Positions 28,633-39,311 are shown, counted from the stretch's first letter. The stretch: DNA of 64,000 nt from an uncultured delta proteobacterium (GCA_963787125.1 CAWBBV010000016.1:194798-258797); one strand, 5' to 3'. Notes: generated by a model from the letters alone, not told the origin. Translations and numbers: made by a program.

Positions 28633-31011
28633 TCACGGTGTATCTATCCCTGCCAACTCAGCCGAAACCCCGCAAATCGCCAGCAGCCGCTCCATGTCAA
28701 GACTGCCTTCCAGATGCGCCGCCAGCTTGTCGAACGGGTCGTCAAGCCTGGCCGGGACTCTTTCTGCGAGCCCTTTTTTGCGGCGGATACGATTCAGTAG
28801 CGCCGCTCTGAATGAGTCGTTATGAAACAGGCCGTGCAGGTAGGTGCCGAAGATCCGGCCATCCTTTGTGACCGCCCCGTCGAGGACTTCCACATCCTTT
28901 TCCGAGCGCTGGACAATATGGGCAAACGGTTCGACCGCCGGGCCGAGAATTGTCTCCCCCATATGGATCTCGTACCCTTCCAGCCGTTTGACGCTGCGCG
29001 GCGCCACCTGAAAACCGGCGGTGAGGAGTTCGGCAACGGCCTGATGGGTCTCTTTGGCGGTCAGCATAATGGTGACGACATCAAGCAGTCCCAGCCCTTC
29101 CGCTTCTCCGGCTGAGAGCGCCTCGACGCCGTCCGGATCACTGACCCGGCGGCCAAGGATCTGGAAACCGCCGCAGATACCGGCGATGCACCCTTTGAAG
29201 CCCTTGATCGCCGGGAAAAAGCCCGTTTCCTTCAGGTGCTCAAGGTCGGCAATGGTGGATTTGCTCCCCGGCAGGATCAGGAAGTCGAGTTTGTCGATGT
29301 CAGCCGGGCGCTCGATATAGAAGAGCTCCACATCCTCTTCCCACTCCAGCGGCTCGAAGTCGGTATAGTTGGAGATGCGGGGCAGTTTCACCACCCCGAT
29401 CCTGATCTTTTCCGCCACCGGCGGATTGTCCCCGTTTTTCCGCTTATCCAGCGCCACGCTGTCCTCTTCCGGGATTGAAAAACCGCTGAAGCAGGGAACA
29501 ACACCCAAGAGCGGTATGCCGGTCCGCTCTTCAATGAACTTGATGCCGGAGTCCAGCAGTGAAGAGTCGCCACGGAACTTGTTGATAATGATCCCGGCGA
29601 TCATTTTCTTTTCATCCGGCTCCAGCAACTCGATGGTGCCGATGATCTGGGCAAAAACCCCGCCCCGGTCGATATCTGCCACCAGGATCACCGGGGCGCC
29701 TGCCATTGTGGCGATGCGCAGATTGGCAATATCGTGGCTTTTGAGATTGATCTCGGCAATGCTCCCGGCCCCTTCGATAACAACGAAATCGTGGGCGGCG
29801 GAAAGTCTGGCAAAGCTTGCCTCTATCTGCACCATGGCGGTCGGCTTATAGGCGTTGTACTCCGCCACCCGCATGTTGCCGGCCACAACCCCGTTGACGA
29901 TTACCTGACTCCCCAGATCAGTTGTCGGCTTAAGAAGGACCGGGTTCATGTCGGTGTGGGGATGAATGCCGCAGGCCGCCGCCTGCACCGCCTGGGCCCG
30001 CCCTATTTCGCCCCCTTCAGGGGTGACGGCAGAGTTGAGCGCCATGTTCTGGGACTTGAACGGCGCGACCTTGACCCCGCGGTTTTTGAGGATCCGGCAG
30101 ATGCCGGCAGTAATGACCGATTTGCCCACATCCGAGCCGGTGCCGCCGATGAAAAGGGCGCGGGACGCGCCAGGACTTGAGACTGAGGGCTGAAGGCTGA
30201 AGGTAGATGCCGTTTTTACTTCAGCCTTCAGCCTGCCACCTTCAGCCTTCGTTGCATATCCCCGCGGCGTCACCATCCGCCCTTCGACATCGACAAAAGT
30301 CGCACTGTTGCCGATGATGACAATGGAGAACATATCAATTTCGTGGTGAAGCATCTGTTTCAACGTTGTCACTGTTTTTGACTCACCGTCACGGCAGGCA
30401 TTTCTGACAATGCCGACCGGAGTCTCGGGGGAGCGGGATGAGAGGAGGATCTCTCTGGCCTCTTCAATCTGCCTGACTCGCCCTTTACTTCGCGGATTGT
30501 AGAGGGCAACGACAAAGTCGGCAGTTGCGGCGGCCCGCAGTCGTTCTCTGATCTTTTCCCAGGATGTCATCAGGTCTGACAGGGAGATGACGGCAAAATC
30601 GTGCATCAGCGGCGCGCCGAGTACGGAGGCTGCGGCCTGGACTGCCGAAACGCCGGGAACGACGATGACTTCGATCCTGCTCTGCAGGAGCGGCAGCGTT
30701 GCAGCAATTTTGGCATCGGCATCCACCAGCTCCAGCACCAGCCCGGCCATGCCGTAAATCCCGGCGTCACCGCTGGATATAATGGCGGTATCCCTGCCTG
30801 AAGAGGCGATGGAAATCGCTTCCCGGCAGCGCTCCACCTCTTTCATCATACCGGAGGCGACCACATCTTTCCCTGCCAGCAGCGGGGTGATGAAGTCAAG
30901 ATAGGTCTGATAGCCGACAATCACCTGGGCTGTAGCCAGCGCCTCTTTGGCCTCGATGGTCATATGATTGAGTCCGCCGGGACCGATCCCGACGACGTAG
31001 AGTTTGGACAT
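28633..31011 (-). CDS. cobQ: Fused precorrin-3B C17-methyltransferase (CbiH) / cobyric acid synthase (CbiP/CobQ)
   Basis: N-terminal GIGPG, SSGDAGIYGM, HDFAVISLSDL, LYNP, TPRGY; C-terminal GTGSDVGKS, PFKSQNMALNS, ISNYTDF, GICGG, GYEIH, GTYLHG. Confidence 0.93.
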   Translation of the reverse strand: MSKLYVVGIGPGGLNHMTIEAKEALATAQVIVGYQTYLDFITPLLAGKDVVASGMMKEVERCREAISIASSGRDTAIISSGDAGIYGMAGLVLELVDADAKIAATLPLLQSRIEVIVVPGVSAVQAAASVLGAPLMHDFAVISLSDLMTSWEKIRERLRAAATADFVVALYNPRSKGRVRQIEEAREILLSSRSPETPVGIVRNACRDGESKTVTTLKQMLHHEIDMFSIVIIGNSATFVDVEGRMVTPRGYATKAEGGRLKAEVKTASTFSLQPSVSSPGASRALFIGGTGSDVGKSVITAGICRILKNRGVKVAPFKSQNMALNSAVTPEGGEIGRAQAVQAAACGIHPHTDMNPVLLKPTTDLGSQVIVNGVVAGNMRVAEYNAYKPTAMVQIEASFARLSAAHDFVVIEGAGSIAEINLKSHDIANLRIATMAGAPVILVADIDRGGVFAQIIGTIELLEPDEKKMIAGIIINKFRGDSSLLDSGIKFIEERTGIPLLGVVPCFSGFSIPEEDSVALDKRKNGDNPPVAEKIRIGVVKLPRISNYTDFEPLEWEEDVELFYIERPADIDKLDFLILPGSKSTIADLEHLKETGFFPAIKGFKGCIAGICGGFQILGRRVSDPDGVEALSAGEAEGLGLLDVVTIMLTAKETHQAVAELLTAGFQVAPRSVKRLEGYEIHMGETILGPAVEPFAHIVQRSEKDVEVLDGAVTKDGRIFGTYLHGLFHNDSFRAALLNRIRRKKGLAERVPARLDDPFDKLAAHLEGSLDMERLLAICGVSAELAGIDTP
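30174..30250. repeat. Heptamer-based palindromic repeat lying in-frame in the CbiH-CobQ linker
   Basis: GACTTGA GACTGAG GGCTGAA GGCTGAA ... CTTCAGC CTTCAGC CTGCCAC CTTCAGC. Confidence 0.75.
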
Positions 31012-31019
31012 ATTAATTA

Positions 31020-32075
31020 TTACTCCTTGAGGGCGACTGCCAGGGTCACATTACCCGATTTGATCTTTTTCAGCAGCAGCTTCCCCCCGCCTGCAGCCAG
31101 AATAGCGGCCGGCTCGGCAACCCCCCTGGCGCCGATTGCCGCCAGGGCGTGCTCTGACGGGGGAGACGGCACGGCAACGGCATTGAGCTCCTCACTGGAA
31201 AAACATCTAAAGGGGACGCCGAAACTCTTTGCTGCCGCTATCAGACCGGCTTCACCGCTCTTGGCCTCGGCAGTACCAATGGCTGCAATACAGACAGGAG
31301 CAAGAAAGGTGCGTTTCAGGGTTGCGAGCACAACCGCTTCGATTTCGTCTGCAGATGTGCCGCTGTTGCAGCCTATCCCGAGGACGAGGTTTTTCGGCCG
31401 GAGCACCAGCAGCAATTCCGATTGCAGTTGCGGCGGGATGATGCTGTTGGTGACAAAGAGAATCCCCTTGGCGGCTGACCTGATCCCCGCCACAAAAGAG
31501 TCGTAAAACTGCAGTTTCCCTTTGCCGTGGAAATAGCTGCGAACCAGGCCGGTGTCATCAACAACCGCGATAGTTTCATTATCTAACAGAAGCGAGTTGA
31601 GAGTTTTGACCCGGGAAATATCTTCAATAATCCAGCCATGTTCCTTGGCCAGCATGTCAAAGGAGGGGAGCCCGTTGACATCAGTCGCTGTTGTAATGAC
31701 TGCCCGCGCTCCGGTGATGAACCCGCAGCGCTCAGCCAGCTCGTTCGCCCCGCCAAGATGGCCGGAAAGGAGCGAAATAGCAAATCTGCCCGCATCGTCC
31801 ATAACCACCACCGCCGGATCACTCTCTTTACTCTCGAGAAAAGGGGCAACCAGACGGATAACTATGCCGGTTGCCATAATGCAGACAAAGCCGTCAACTT
31901 CAAGCCAGAGCCTTTTGAATATTGAGCTAAGCTCCCCTTCTATGGCAATGGTTTCCTTTGCAGCAGCCCCGAGATATTTAGGGAGAGTATACAGGTCTGC
32001 AGCTTTGAAGCCGCTTTTCAGGCGAGTTCCAAGCTGAACACCGTTCTTTGTGATGGTTATGATAGCAACTTTCAT
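31020..32075 (-). CDS. cbiG: Cobalt-precorrin-5A hydrolase
   Basis: MATGIVIR, DPAVVV, LLSGHLGGAN, VITTATD, LGIGC, GVAEPAA. Confidence 0.94.
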   Translation of the reverse strand: MKVAIITITKNGVQLGTRLKSGFKAADLYTLPKYLGAAAKETIAIEGELSSIFKRLWLEVDGFVCIMATGIVIRLVAPFLESKESDPAVVVMDDAGRFAISLLSGHLGGANELAERCGFITGARAVITTATDVNGLPSFDMLAKEHGWIIEDISRVKTLNSLLLDNETIAVVDDTGLVRSYFHGKGKLQFYDSFVAGIRSAAKGILFVTNSIIPPQLQSELLLVLRPKNLVLGIGCNSGTSADEIEAVVLATLKRTFLAPVCIAAIGTAEAKSGEAGLIAAAKSFGVPFRCFSSEELNAVAVPSPPSEHALAAIGARGVAEPAAILAAGGGKLLLKKIKSGNVTLAVALKE

Positions 32076-32239
32076 GGTCTGCTGAAGTTAATCCAGACGG
32101 GGGTAAATTGCAAGCAGAGGCAGAAGGTTATTTCCAGGGGACCATGGAACTCTTAAAGCTATTGACGCTGTATAGTCGTTAATGTAAACTCGCGCAAAAC
32201 TTAAAAAATGTCAGATTTTGTAACATTTGTGGAGGATTT

Positions 32240-33043
32240 ATGAAACGCACAATTATTGCTCTTGTTGCCATGGGTATTGCGGCAACCGTCTCGGTCGCTG
32301 CTGCGGAAACGGTCAGGATAGCCGGATCAGGCGGGATGATTCCGATGATTACTGAAATGGGCAAGGCTTACATGAAAAAGCATCCCGGCGACACGATTGA
32401 GGTCAACCAGAAATCCCTCGGCAAAGAGGGTGGCATCATGGCGCTGACCAAAGGGAGTATTGAGATCGCCATGCTCTCAAGCCTCGAAGATAAAGACAAA
32501 AGCCTGCCGATAAACGCTGTTGAGACCGCTATCGTTCCCAGCCTGTTTGCGGTTCATCCGAGCGTCACGGTGAAAGCGCTTTCCGGCCACCAGCTCTGTG
32601 ATATTTATTCCGGGAAGATAACCAACTGGAAACAGGTCGGCGGCGCAGATACCAAGATTGTTGTGCTGACCCGCCCTGAAAACGAATCAGCCAAGATCGC
32701 CATTCGCAACGGCCTGGCCTGCTTCAAGTCGCTGACTGAGGTATCTACAGCTATCACCCTGGCCAAGTCTACGGAGATGAAAGACACCCTGATAAAGAGC
32801 CAGAACGCTATCGGCATGATCAATACAATCGCTCTTGACGATGCTGCCGGCAAGGTAATCGCCATCAAGCAGGACGGCAAGGATGTCACCACCACTCCGA
32901 TTGCCCAGTGGCCGATGAAGACCCTCTCTTATCTGGCGACCAGTAAAAAACCGACTAATGCAACCAAGCGGTTCATGCAGTTTGTCAAGTCCCCGGAAGG
33001 GCAGAAACTGATCAAGAAAGAGAAGGCGTACCCGGTACAATAA
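32240..33043 (+). CDS. Periplasmic PstS-like (PBP2) substrate-binding protein
   Basis: Signal peptide; IAGSG, IYSGKITNWKQVGG, F.KSPEGQ. Confidence 0.85.
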   Translation: MKRTIIALVAMGIAATVSVAAAETVRIAGSGGMIPMITEMGKAYMKKHPGDTIEVNQKSLGKEGGIMALTKGSIEIAMLSSLEDKDKSLPINAVETAIVPSLFAVHPSVTVKALSGHQLCDIYSGKITNWKQVGGADTKIVVLTRPENESAKIAIRNGLACFKSLTEVSTAITLAKSTEMKDTLIKSQNAIGMINTIALDDAAGKVIAIKQDGKDVTTTPIAQWPMKTLSYLATSKKPTNATKRFMQFVKSPEGQKLIKKEKAYPVQ

Positions 33044-33046
33044 CTG

Positions 33047-35029
33047 ATGAAAATATCTTCTCTTTCAAAATCTTTTATACTGCGGGTGATTCTGGTCCTG
33101 GTCGTGATCCAGGTAGTCGTATTCCTGCTGGAATACCGCTTTGAGCAGGCAGAGACAAAGCGGACGCTGCGGCAGAAAGTCGATGCTGTCGGCCGTTTGA
33201 TCGGCTACGCTTCGCAAAAGGTTCTGGAAGACAATGATGTAACCCAGCTTGGGCTACTGATGGATGAATCGCTCAAGGACGCAGATCTTGTCTTCTTCAA
33301 GCTGGAAGATGGCAATAAATATGCTGTTATCGAGCGGAAACGGGCGGGCATCAGCGAACAAAGCTCAATCTTCCCCATACTGCGAGGTTCTGAAACGATC
33401 GGGACACTTACCATCGGCTACTCCCTCGCAAGTGGTAACAGTGCCATGAGGAACCGGATGCTGGCCAAGGGGGGGGAACTCGTACTCCTGCTTGGTTCAC
33501 TATCGGTTGTGTTGATTGTTCTGTTCAGATCCCGAGTGGCAAATCGTGTTGAGCAAATGGAAGAGTCCCTGGAAAAGGCGACTCATGGCGATCTCACCGT
33601 TAGAATTGAAGACGACAGAAATGACGAAATCTCGCGGATCGCCGAAGGGATCAACTATCTTGTAGAACAGCTGCGCAGCTCATTCAAGAGAATCGCAGCG
33701 CTGTCAGAGTCGAGTACCAGGACTACAGGTGCGCTCGTTTCATCTTTCAATGAAAGCATCGAATCCATGGCAAAGCAGCACCAATCCACCGAAGAGATTT
33801 CTGCGGCGATTGATAAGTCCGCCCAGAGCCACTCGCTCATCACTAAAAACACCCAGCAGCTCCATCTTTTTTCAGAGCAGAACACCATTGCCCTGCAACA
33901 ATCGGTCAGCATCAGCAGAGATATTGCCGACCGGGTGGAGCGACTTAACAGCGGCATGAATGCTGCTCATGTTACTGTCGATGCCATCAACCGGGCTGCG
34001 GCACAGGCGGCCGATCTTGCCGATCAGGCAACTAAAGAGGCACGCAAAGGCGCGTCATCGGCAAGCAATGTCCGTAATTCTGTCTCCATGATCACTGAAG
34101 TCATTACCCAGTCTGCTGCCCAGAGTGACAGAACTACAAAAGTTATTTCCGAGAAGGGAATCTTTGCTGTCAGCGAAACCAAGTGCAGCATGGAGAACAT
34201 CCATATCCTTGCGGAGTCGCTCACCGTCAGCATGCTGAAACTTGATGCCGGTTCAAAGGATATTGCCAAGATTGTTTCGGTGATAGAAGAGATTGCCAAG
34301 CGGACAAGACTGCTCTCTCTCAACACCTCAATCATTGCAGCCCAGGCAGGAGAGCACGGCAAAAGTTTTCTTGTCGTAGCAAACGAGATGAAGCAGCTCT
34401 CAGATCAGACCGCCAATCACACCATGGAAATAGCCGGGATAATCGGTTCTATCCAAACGGGGATTGGTGATGCTGTCGAAAAGACCAAGGGCGCTTCGCG
34501 ATTGGTTAAAGAGGGGAGCGTTGTTGTTGCCCATGCCGGGGAAGCGCTTGAAGAGATCCTGGAAGCGTCGCAAGATTCAGCTTCGATGATCCGCAGAGTT
34601 ATGGATGCCGCTGCAGTACAACAGAGCGGGCTTATAGAGATTCTCACTGCGCTTGATCACCTTGAGAACCTGAACAGTGATGTGAGTAAGGCGATGATTG
34701 ATGAGCAGTGGAACATAAGCTCTTTTGCCGAGACAATCGGCATTCTTTGTGACTCGATGGATGTCGCCAAGAAATCGACTGAAGAGCAGGTTGTCACCCT
34801 GCAGCAGGTTATGAACAACCTTTTTGGCGCAAATGAACAGATAAGTCAGATCTCCACGGAGATAACAGCGAACCAGCATGAGAATATTGTTATAGCCGAC
34901 TCGGTTGCAACGGTTATCGCTGTCACCGCCGCAACCGTACAAACCCTTAATGGGGCGTCAACAAAACTCACAGAAGCATTTTCCGGCATAGATGAACTCC
35001 GCCAGGAGATGTCCCAATTCAAGACCTGA
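33047..35029 (+). CDS. Methyl-accepting chemotaxis protein
   Basis: Two TMs, HAMP (GDLTVRI..DEI), signalling hairpin IAKRTRLLSLNTSIIAAQAGEHGKSF.VVA.E. Confidence 0.92.
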   Translation: MKISSLSKSFILRVILVLVVIQVVVFLLEYRFEQAETKRTLRQKVDAVGRLIGYASQKVLEDNDVTQLGLLMDESLKDADLVFFKLEDGNKYAVIERKRAGISEQSSIFPILRGSETIGTLTIGYSLASGNSAMRNRMLAKGGELVLLLGSLSVVLIVLFRSRVANRVEQMEESLEKATHGDLTVRIEDDRNDEISRIAEGINYLVEQLRSSFKRIAALSESSTRTTGALVSSFNESIESMAKQHQSTEEISAAIDKSAQSHSLITKNTQQLHLFSEQNTIALQQSVSISRDIADRVERLNSGMNAAHVTVDAINRAAAQAADLADQATKEARKGASSASNVRNSVSMITEVITQSAAQSDRTTKVISEKGIFAVSETKCSMENIHILAESLTVSMLKLDAGSKDIAKIVSVIEEIAKRTRLLSLNTSIIAAQAGEHGKSFLVVANEMKQLSDQTANHTMEIAGIIGSIQTGIGDAVEKTKGASRLVKEGSVVVAHAGEALEEILEASQDSASMIRRVMDAAAVQQSGLIEILTALDHLENLNSDVSKAMIDEQWNISSFAETIGILCDSMDVAKKSTEEQVVTLQQVMNNLFGANEQISQISTEITANQHENIVIADSVATVIAVTAATVQTLNGASTKLTEAFSGIDELRQEMSQFKT

Positions 35030-35064
35030 TTGTTCTCAGGAGACTGTCATCCTCCACCTGCTGA

Positions 35065-35430
35065 TCATCTCCCTTTTTTCCTCTCTATCAGTCGCTTGAC
35101 CTCGTCCTTCAGCTCCTGCATATCACTGGATTTCACTACATAACTGTCAGCCAGCCAGGCGGAGAAATCATCCTTGTAGCAGGAAAAAGCAGTGGAGAGG
35201 ATCACCGCCATCTCGCTGCGCTCCTTGACGAGCTTCTGGAGTAGATCCAGCCCGCTCTCGTTTTTCAATTTTATGTCCAGCAGCGCAACGGAATAACTCC
35301 GTTTTTCCAGGAGCTCAAGGGCGTCGGCTATGGTTCCGGCCGAGTCGACTTCGTAACCTTCGTCCCTAAGTTCCTGCGAGTAAAGAAGCCTTATACTTGC
35401 CTCATCATCCACTATCAGTATCCTGTCCAT
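35065..35430 (-). CDS. Single-domain response regulator
   Basis: ILIVDDE, LLDIKL, ST, YVVK. Confidence 0.92.
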   Translation of the reverse strand: MDRILIVDDEASIRLLYSQELRDEGYEVDSAGTIADALELLEKRSYSVALLDIKLKNESGLDLLQKLVKERSEMAVILSTAFSCYKDDFSAWLADSYVVKSSDMQELKDEVKRLIERKKGR

Positions 35431-35433
35431 GGC

Positions 35434-37050
35434 TTATAAACCCTCCTTTTGCTGTTGAAATATGATGCAGTATCGTGTGCCACCGTTCGGGCAATCTTCG
35501 ATGCTAAAGGCGCTGCCATGACGCTCAAGGATCATCTTGCAGAGCGGCAACCCAACCCCCTGGCCAAGGGTTTCAGTCTCCATAAAAGGGGTCATCAGGG
35601 TACTTTTCAGGTCAGGAGCGAGTGTTACGCCGTTGTCGCTTATACAGAGCAGAATTCTTTCTTCATCATGGCTGGTCTCAACCCCAATCCTGTCAGCGGT
35701 CGGCTGATTGAGGGCGATATGGTTTATTATTGTCTTCAGACAGTATGAAATCTGTTTATAGTCGAGCCATGCCGAAGGAAGCTCAGTATCCAGCGCCAGA
35801 GATATCTCCAGGTGCATTTCAGCAACTCTCTCCCGCATCTCTGCAGTTACGGCAATTGCCAGCTGGTTTATATCCCAGCGGTCCATGACCGGATGCACTG
35901 AATCAGAGTAACTGAGGACATCCTCGAGGACTTCGTCCAGATGTCTGGCTTCAGTAAGAATCTGCTCAAGATACTCCTTTTTAGCTTCCATGTTGCCGCT
36001 TTTAAGTAAGGATCGGGCATAGCCGCCAATTGCGGCGAGTGGATTGCGAATCGAATGGGCGATGCTTGAAGTGATCCTGCCGACAACCGCCATCTTTTCC
36101 ATTCGGACAATCAGCTCCTGCTGTTCCTGCAGTGTCCGATTTGTTCTGGTCTGTTTTTCCACCTCTTCCTGCAACCTTTCATAAAGCGATGCCCTCTCTA
36201 TAGCAAACGCAACCGGAAAGGCAAAAGTCTGCAGGGACTGAATGTCACGGGGGGAGATCGGTTTGTTGGTGACAAAATTATCGGCAAGGAGAATACCTAT
36301 GCTTCTGTTGCGGGAGATGAGCGGCATGACGAGAAAACGCTCAACGCCGAGTATGACTGGTAGTTTTGGATCAACTTCGGGATTGAATGATGCATTCTCA
36401 ACAAGAATGGGACGCCTCTCCTTAAGCGCTCGATTGAAGATATGTTCTTCGTCGCTGTGCAGGACGGTCAACTGTTCGAGAATATCCTGAAACTTGGCAC
36501 GTTCTGAAGAGATCTTGGTTTTATAGAACTCTCTGGAAAGGTCTGTCAGGGAAAAATTGCTCCGGTCTACTTCATCCCAGATTCGCCAGGCCTCTTCATA
36601 ATTTCTTGGACCTACCCCCAGATGACCGACCAGATATCTCCTGTCGCGGTCGGTCATCAACAGAAAAGCTCTGTTCATGCCGAAGCCTTTACCGGAAGTA
36701 ATCGCTGTCATGGCAACGGAGAGCACCTCGTCAAGTTCCATTGAGGTCTGCAGAACAATGCTCAACTCGTGGAGGAACTTGATCTCACGACTCTTGCTGG
36801 ACAGGAAGACCGAGAGTGACTGCAAATGGCTCTGCTGCTCCTTGTACTCTTCCCGGAGAGTGTGGATAATAATCCGGCAAGGGTCATTTTCCGGCAGCTT
36901 GGCGAGATCTTTCTGAAACCACTGGCAATCAATACACTTTTCTATAAAGCGCTTTCGTGGCGAAGCATAGAGATACTCCTCCCCTTCTTCTATATTCGGA
37001 CACTCAAGCGGATTTCTTTCCGGGTTGAACCAGCAGCAGTCGTAACCCAT
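35434..37050 (-). CDS. GAF-domain sensor histidine kinase with Cys-rich N-terminus
   Basis: GAF (MPLISR..IGIL.AD), AHSIRNPL H-box, DNG and G.GL..C boxes. Confidence 0.85.
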   Translation of the reverse strand: MGYDCCWFNPERNPLECPNIEEGEEYLYASPRKRFIEKCIDCQWFQKDLAKLPENDPCRIIIHTLREEYKEQQSHLQSLSVFLSSKSREIKFLHELSIVLQTSMELDEVLSVAMTAITSGKGFGMNRAFLLMTDRDRRYLVGHLGVGPRNYEEAWRIWDEVDRSNFSLTDLSREFYKTKISSERAKFQDILEQLTVLHSDEEHIFNRALKERRPILVENASFNPEVDPKLPVILGVERFLVMPLISRNRSIGILLADNFVTNKPISPRDIQSLQTFAFPVAFAIERASLYERLQEEVEKQTRTNRTLQEQQELIVRMEKMAVVGRITSSIAHSIRNPLAAIGGYARSLLKSGNMEAKKEYLEQILTEARHLDEVLEDVLSYSDSVHPVMDRWDINQLAIAVTAEMRERVAEMHLEISLALDTELPSAWLDYKQISYCLKTIINHIALNQPTADRIGVETSHDEERILLCISDNGVTLAPDLKSTLMTPFMETETLGQGVGLPLCKMILERHGSAFSIEDCPNGGTRYCIIFQQQKEGL

Positions 37051-37294
37051 TGTTCCTCCGTGGTTAATACGTAGATCCCGCTAACAGCATATGAAAGGAA
37101 TCTTAAGTATAGCAGCAGCACGCTGCTTTTCAAGCGTTTCGACCGGGAACGTAAATGCGGTCAGCTTTACAGACTTACGAAAGTTTCTTGACCTTCCGCA
37201 GGGAAACAATATGTCAGCATGTCATAATCCCTTCACAACATTTCTTCATTGTGCTAGATTCCTCTGACTTTTAACAGGAGTCAAGAGGATCCAA

Positions 37295-38776
37295 ATGCCG
37301 CTACGAATCTACAACACCATGACCTCTGCCAAGGAAGAGTTTGTCCCCCTGCATCCGGGCAAAGTCAGTATGTATGTCTGTGGTGTGACTGTTTATGACA
37401 ACTGCCATATCGGCCACGCCAGGGCCAATGTCGCCTTTGATGTCGTCTATCGCTACCTTCGTCATGCGGGTTACGATGTCACTTACGTCCGCAATTACAC
37501 CGACATCGACGACAAAATCATCAACCGCGCCAACCGGGATGGTGTCCCCTTCAACATCATCTCCGAGCGCTACATAAAAGCTTTCGACGAGGACATGGCG
37601 CGGCTGGGACTTGCCATTCCCACTCATCAGCCAAAAGCCACCGAATATGTCGACGAGATAATTGCCCTGGTAGAAAAGCTGGTAGCAAGTGGAGCCGCCT
37701 ACCAGGCAGAAGGGGACGTGTATTTCGCTGTCGAGAAATTTGACGACTATCTGAAGCTTTCCAAGCGTAATCTTGAAGAGATGCAGGCAGGAGCCAGAGT
37801 CAATGTAGATGAGCGCAAACATCACCCGATGGACTTTGCCCTCTGGAAGGCTGCCAAGCCTGGTGAGCCGTCCTGGAAATCTCCCTGGGGGGATGGACGT
37901 CCCGGTTGGCATATCGAGTGTTCGGCAATGAGTATGAAGCTTCTCGGCGAAACTTTCGATATTCATGGCGGCGGCAAGGATCTTGTCTTCCCTCACCACG
38001 AAAACGAAATTGCCCAGTCAGAGGCTGCCAGTGGCAAACCTTTTGTCCGCTACTGGATGCACAATGGTTTTGTCAACATCAACTCCGAGAAGATGAGCAA
38101 ATCTCTCGGCAACTTCTTCACGATCCGTGAAATCCTTGATAACTACGACAGCGAAGTCCTCCGCTTCTTCCTCCTCCTGTCCCACTACCGCTCACCAATC
38201 GATTTTTCCGATCAGAATCTTGCCGAAGCCGAGGCAGGACTTGACAGAATTTACAGCTCTCTGGCGCTGCTGGAGGACTTTCTGGTCAATCCTGACGGTG
38301 CTGTGCCAGCGGAAACCACTACCATGAGTAATGAGGCCACAGACGAGCTTGCACAAAGACTGGCTGGCCTGCACCAACGTTTTTGCGAAGCCATGGATGA
38401 CGACTTCAACACCGCCCTCGCCATCGCCCACATCTTCGACCTGGTCCGCTCACTGAACAGGGCTTTGACAGACAAAACTTCCGCTCAGAGTGTCCTGCTG
38501 CCGCTACTCAGACAGATAAAGACCGAAATCCCACGGATCGCCTCAGTGCTCGGGGTGCTGGATTCAAGCCCTGTTGACTATCAGGCACGACTTAAATCCC
38601 GAAAAAGCAGTGAGCTGAAGATCGATGTTGAAGAGATCGAGAACCTTGTTACCGAGCGGACAGCTGCCCGCAAAAACAAGGATTTCAAAAGAAGCGACGA
38701 AATCCGCGCTCAGCTTCTCGCCAAAGGGATTGAACTTTTCGACAGTTCCGCCGGAACCGAGTGGAAGATAAAATAG
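37295..38776 (+). CDS. cysS: Cysteine--tRNA ligase
   Basis: [26 protein letters not shown]. Confidence 0.98.
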   Translation: MPLRIYNTMTSAKEEFVPLHPGKVSMYVCGVTVYDNCHIGHARANVAFDVVYRYLRHAGYDVTYVRNYTDIDDKIINRANRDGVPFNIISERYIKAFDEDMARLGLAIPTHQPKATEYVDEIIALVEKLVASGAAYQAEGDVYFAVEKFDDYLKLSKRNLEEMQAGARVNVDERKHHPMDFALWKAAKPGEPSWKSPWGDGRPGWHIECSAMSMKLLGETFDIHGGGKDLVFPHHENEIAQSEAASGKPFVRYWMHNGFVNINSEKMSKSLGNFFTIREILDNYDSEVLRFFLLLSHYRSPIDFSDQNLAEAEAGLDRIYSSLALLEDFLVNPDGAVPAETTTMSNEATDELAQRLAGLHQRFCEAMDDDFNTALAIAHIFDLVRSLNRALTDKTSAQSVLLPLLRQIKTEIPRIASVLGVLDSSPVDYQARLKSRKSSELKIDVEEIENLVTERTAARKNKDFKRSDEIRAQLLAKGIELFDSSAGTEWKIK

Positions 38777-38891
38777 CCATAATCGACACGTTGTCTTTCT
38801 TGCCTTGACAAAAAATGTTGTTGCTGTATTATTCACCGGCTTTTTAGGCAACATTAATTTATTAAAACAGCAACAGCTGCGGAGCATCCAT

Positions 38892-39311
38892 ATGGTTGAA
38901 AAAACAGACGAAATGAGAGATATACTCCTCAAACTCAAGGAAGAGGCTTTTGAGGAGATTGGCAAAGCGGTAAAATCCGGCACGGAAAAACCGAACAACG
39001 AACCAAGCGGCGACATCTACGACCAGGCCTCCAATGAACGGGACAGAGAACTGCTCCTTTTGCTCGGAGACCGTGAACGTGAAAAGATCCGCAGCATCGA
39101 TGAGGCGCTCCTGCGGCTTGATGAAGGTGAGTACGGCATCTGCGAAGATTGTGAAGAAGAAATCCCTTTCGGCCGGCTCAAAGCAATGCCGTTTGCCCGG
39201 CTCTGCGTGAAATGTAAAGCCGATCTTGAAAAGCTTCAAGCTCAGACAAAACGTTTCGAAGAGGACCGCGTCTACCGCGAGATCACCTCCAGCGAAGAGG
39301 AAGATTCATAG
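38892..39311 (+). CDS. dksA: DksA/TraR C4 zinc-finger protein
   Basis: DxxDxA (DIYDQA), YGICEDC...RL...P...LCVKC; GGAG RBS before ATG 38892. Confidence 0.85.
   Translation: MVEKTDEMRDILLKLKEEAFEEIGKAVKSGTEKPNNEPSGDIYDQASNERDRELLLLLGDREREKIRSIDEALLRLDEGEYGICEDCEEEIPFGRLKAMPFARLCVKCKADLEKLQAQTKRFEEDRVYREITSSEEEDS

Noticed and set aside
32076..32239. Cobalamin riboswitch upstream of cbiG
   Set aside because: The region is short and shows no B12-box or conserved riboswitch motifs
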